Shown here in pieces: positions 61,372-64,000 of a DNA stretch of 64,000 nt; the stretch's first letter is position 1, and the number at the start of each line of letters is the position of its first letter. The stretch spans positions 1,743 through 65,742 of the forward strand of contig JAQXEZ010000016.1 of the NCBI GenBank assembly GCA_029250605.1, read 5' to 3'. The position numbers were made by a program, and so were the translations under genes. This DNA comes from Candidatus Thalassarchaeaceae archaeon (GTDB taxonomy: Archaea; Thermoplasmatota; Poseidoniia; Poseidoniales; Thalassarchaeaceae). The notes beneath the pieces are model-generated. The model had not been told where the DNA came from. It was given only the letters and a program-made list of their open reading frames with translations, and did not search any database.

Positions 61372-61457
61372 TGGTGCAGGGGATGGGATTCGAACCCATG
61401 AAGCACTAAGCACCGGAGCTTAAGTCCGGCCCCTTTGACCAACTCGGGTACCCCTGC
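61372..61457 (-). tRNA. tRNA-Leu (anticodon UAA) with encoded CCA
   Basis: Reverse complement reads GCAGGGG...CCGGA CT TAA GC TCCGG, long variable arm, GGTTCGAATCC, CCCCTGC-A-CCA. Confidence 0.95.
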
Positions 61458-61558
61458 AGCCTAACGAGCATCGACTTTCGATTTCAACCGAGCGGACAAT
61501 AACGTGCCATAACCGACGCATCCACCACTCTAGACTCCCGAACTCTTTAACATCCCGG

Positions 61559-64000
61559 ATGCGGCGCACAATCGTGCGAAATCGCAACCCCCGCCTCTCT
61601 GTACGTAAAACTACACTGGTCTCACTGTCATTGGCATTATTGATGCTTATTCCCACTAGCTTCGATTTGGAATCTCCAGAACTTCCCGATTACAAGGCAT
61701 TCAATGCCTCAGAAAGTGCACCAGACGCGAACTTGTACAAGCTATACTTCGTACAACCGGGCCAGAACCAGACCGCTGGAATGGACGGACTGATCAGTAC
61801 TCAACCGCCTGAGGGAAACGAGGATCAGGAAGTGGCAAGCGCATTGGATGACGATGTCCAATTCATGACCATTTCATTGATGTCATCGATGGAATTCTTT
61901 GGGAGGAAGTTCCATGCAAATGAATCATACTACATCCCAGTTGAGCTATTCCTCAAGTCTGAAGGACCTCAGAATTCAAATGTCGATTGGACAGTTTCCA
62001 TTATGACTTCTGAGAGAACCATCGGCTCCACAACTTATTCCGGTTCCGTGTGCTCTTCATCTTTTGGCAGCAGTTGCGATTTTGATCACGAGATTATCGA
62101 GGTAGGGGTAGGCAATTCTGAATCATTCCAAGTCGGGAAGAACGAGCGACTGATAATCAGGGTTAGAGCCAGCATGTCGGGGTGCGACAGTAGCGACGGC
62201 CCATTCGGATCTAGCTGTTCTGCAGATGTTGCATTCAACAACATCGATAATGAGCCAAACAAATTCTCCAAGATGGAGGCAAACGGAAATGCACTGATGA
62301 ATAGCATCATCGTAGTCCAGAGGGAAGGCGCAAACATTGCTGATGGTTCCGAGATTGACTGGTACCCGAATGACATTGTCGAGGACAGGGAGATGCAGTT
62401 CTCCATAGATGCAATCAGCGCATTCGGGAGGGCAGATATTTCCAGGGTTGACATCCTGATGAGGGGCCCAGATGGAAACTATGAGGTCGACGAAAGAATT
62501 ACTGGCGACATGGAGGACATAGAGGATTCCAGCACAGGAGTCTTTGGCAAATTACTCTTCACCTACGATAGTGGACTTTCTCCCGGGGAGTATACTGTAT
62601 TTCTCAGGGTCCAGGATGTCGGCGGTAACGAAATTGAAATCGAGCACGAGCCAATTGAGATGCATCAGTTCGGAGTGTCACTGAAGCACAGGTTCGATCG
62701 TTCAGTTGAGTACTTCGCCCCGGGAAAGGTCACCCCCGTGCCCATGGTTCTTGTCCACAGGGGGGACTCTACCAAATCGATGAACGTAGAGCTTGAAGTT
62801 TTGACCAATTTGGGCAGCTCTTGGTTGGTTGAGTTCGACTCACCAGCAGGATACGAGATGAGCTCTGGAGGTACGGTGATTAATCCAACTGTGACTCTCA
62901 CAGCCCCCGATGATCTGACCGGGATGCCGAAGAAGATTGAGATTCGAGCAGTCGCCGAGGCCGATGTGGATGGGGTTATCTCAGTTGTCCATCAGGATAC
63001 GCTCGTACTAAACGTAGAGAAGATTGACGTCTACCAGCCCCCGGTAGTTTCAGTCTGGTCCGAGGATCACAAAACACCGATAGCGAACTCTTCCAGAGGT
63101 GATGCCCTGGATTCGACCATCCCCAGATTCGCCGAGTATGGGGAATTCAACCCATTTATTTTGGAGATTTTCAATACTGGTTTTGATGCTGATACATTCA
63201 GGATCGACATTCTGAAGAGGTCGAAATCAATCTTCCAATTGCACGATAATCTAACTGGGCAGAGGATACTTCAAGATGAGGGTGATGGGACTTTCCACAC
63301 TCCTTTACTGGAGAGGCACAGCACCAAGGTTCTGATACTGGGGGTTAAGCCAAGCCTAGACAGGGAGGATGAGGATATTGGGGAGATTGAGATAGAAGTA
63401 ATTAGTGGAGGAAATTCCTCTACCAAAACTATCGTTTCATTCACAATCCAGAGAACATATGGGATAAGGGGGGAGGTCTCACAGGATTGTGATGGGACGC
63501 CTCTAGGCCACATGAAGGTGGCACTTTGTGCGCCCGGCCAGGATAGGCCTGAATTGGACTTCAGGGCTCGATTGACGAATAGTGAGACGGATCTGGAAGC
63601 AGCATCATGGTGGCTGCTTCAGAACCCCGCATCGTTGAAGGAAAATACCGACAGAAACTCTGCTTATGGCCAATGGGATTTCAGAATAACAAATTCGGAT
63701 GGAGAATCAGTTCCTCGAGTATCCCTTGGGCCCGGAGACTTCACAGAGGTCTTCATCAGCGTAACCCTGACTAATCAGGTAGAGGTTGGGAATCATACTG
63801 TCTACCTGAGGATTGTTGAGGATGTAGAAGAAGACGAACCAAGATATTTCGATCTTCCTATGACCTTCGAAATTGAAGCCGATCAACCAATGTTGGAGAT
63901 TGTTCAGGTTTCCCAGAATACTAAACTTGCACCTGGAAATGACTATTCTATCCAGATGAAAGTAAAGAATGAAGGAAACAGTCCAATGACCGTTCTGCTT
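61559..64000 (+). CDS. Large secreted/surface protein with repeated Ig-like (COG1470/CARDB-like) modules; 3' end beyond the window
   Basis: Frame reads as coding where I translated it (start and end) and is absent from the ORF track, consistent with no stop in the window. Basic then hydrophobic signal, acidic composition, motifs LEIFNTG and MKVKNEGNS. Start is ATG 61559 or GTG 61574. Confidence 0.8.
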   Translation, partial: MRRTIVRNRNPRLSVRKTTLVSLSLALLMLIPTSFDLESPELPDYKAFNASESAPDANLYKLYFVQPGQNQTAGMDGLISTQPPEGNEDQEVASALDDDVQFMTISLMSSMEFFGRKFHANESYYIPVELFLKSEGPQNSNVDWTVSIMTSERTIGSTTYSGSVCSSSFGSSCDFDHEIIEVGVGNSESFQVGKNERLIIRVRASMSGCDSSDGPFGSSCSADVAFNNIDNEPNKFSKMEANGNALMNSIIVVQREGANIADGSEIDWYPNDIVEDREMQFSIDAISAFGRADISRVDILMRGPDGNYEVDERITGDMEDIEDSSTGVFGKLLFTYDSGLSPGEYTVFLRVQDVGGNEIEIEHEPIEMHQFGVSLKHRFDRSVEYFAPGKVTPVPMVLVHRGDSTKSMNVELEVLTNLGSSWLVEFDSPAGYEMSSGGTVINPTVTLTAPDDLTGMPKKIEIRAVAEADVDGVISVVHQDTLVLNVEKIDVYQPPVVSVWSEDHKTPIANSSRGDALDSTIPRFAEYGEFNPFILEIFNTGFDADTFRIDILKRSKSIFQLHDNLTGQRILQDEGDGTFHTPLLERHSTKVLILGVKPSLDREDEDIGEIEIEVISGGNSSTKTIVSFTIQRTYGIRGEVSQDCDGTPLGHMKVALCAPGQDRPELDFRARLTNSETDLEAASWWLLQNPASLKENTDRNSAYGQWDFRITNSDGESVPRVSLGPGDFTEVFISVTLTNQVEVGNHTVYLRIVEDVEEDEPRYFDLPMTFEIEADQPMLEIVQVSQNTKLAPGNDYSIQMKVKNEGNSPMTVLL

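Noticed and set aside
61372-61457. tRNA as an integration site for an island
   Set aside because: No integrase, and I saw no duplicated tRNA 3' end elsewhere in the window (checked by eye only).

Overview
Gene-dense, mostly core-genome segment of an archaeon. The archaeal informational genes (class I LysRS, aIF2-beta, aRF1, aTrm56, NOG1, GfcR-like, DUF2116) sit among many bacterial-type metabolic genes, a mix that fits Marine Group II Euryarchaeota (Ca. Poseidoniales); the taxon is my inference. In order the window holds: an Aap/Bzt-type amino-acid ABC transporter with oversized permeases; an NAD(H) kinase; SDRs; an RluA/RluD, DEAD-box, ABC-F trio; a sigma-like GST; two membrane-anchored M28 peptidases; NfeD/flotillin; a thiolase; two tandem DUF2061 genes converging on a Tat-less molybdopterin oxidoreductase and its FeS-NrfD fusion partner; folP; carAB; translation genes; a lipA-bkdA1A2B-lpd-lipB operon extended by a PLP C-S lyase-like gene and ubiX; a pteridine-reductase-like SDR with folB; tRNA-Leu(UAA); and the start of a large Ig-repeat surface protein. 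Two plausible microproteins missed by the ORF track were read from the sequence (9069-9188, 44588-44704). I saw no CRISPR array, integrase, transposase or rRNA. All calls rest on motif recognition, not database searches.
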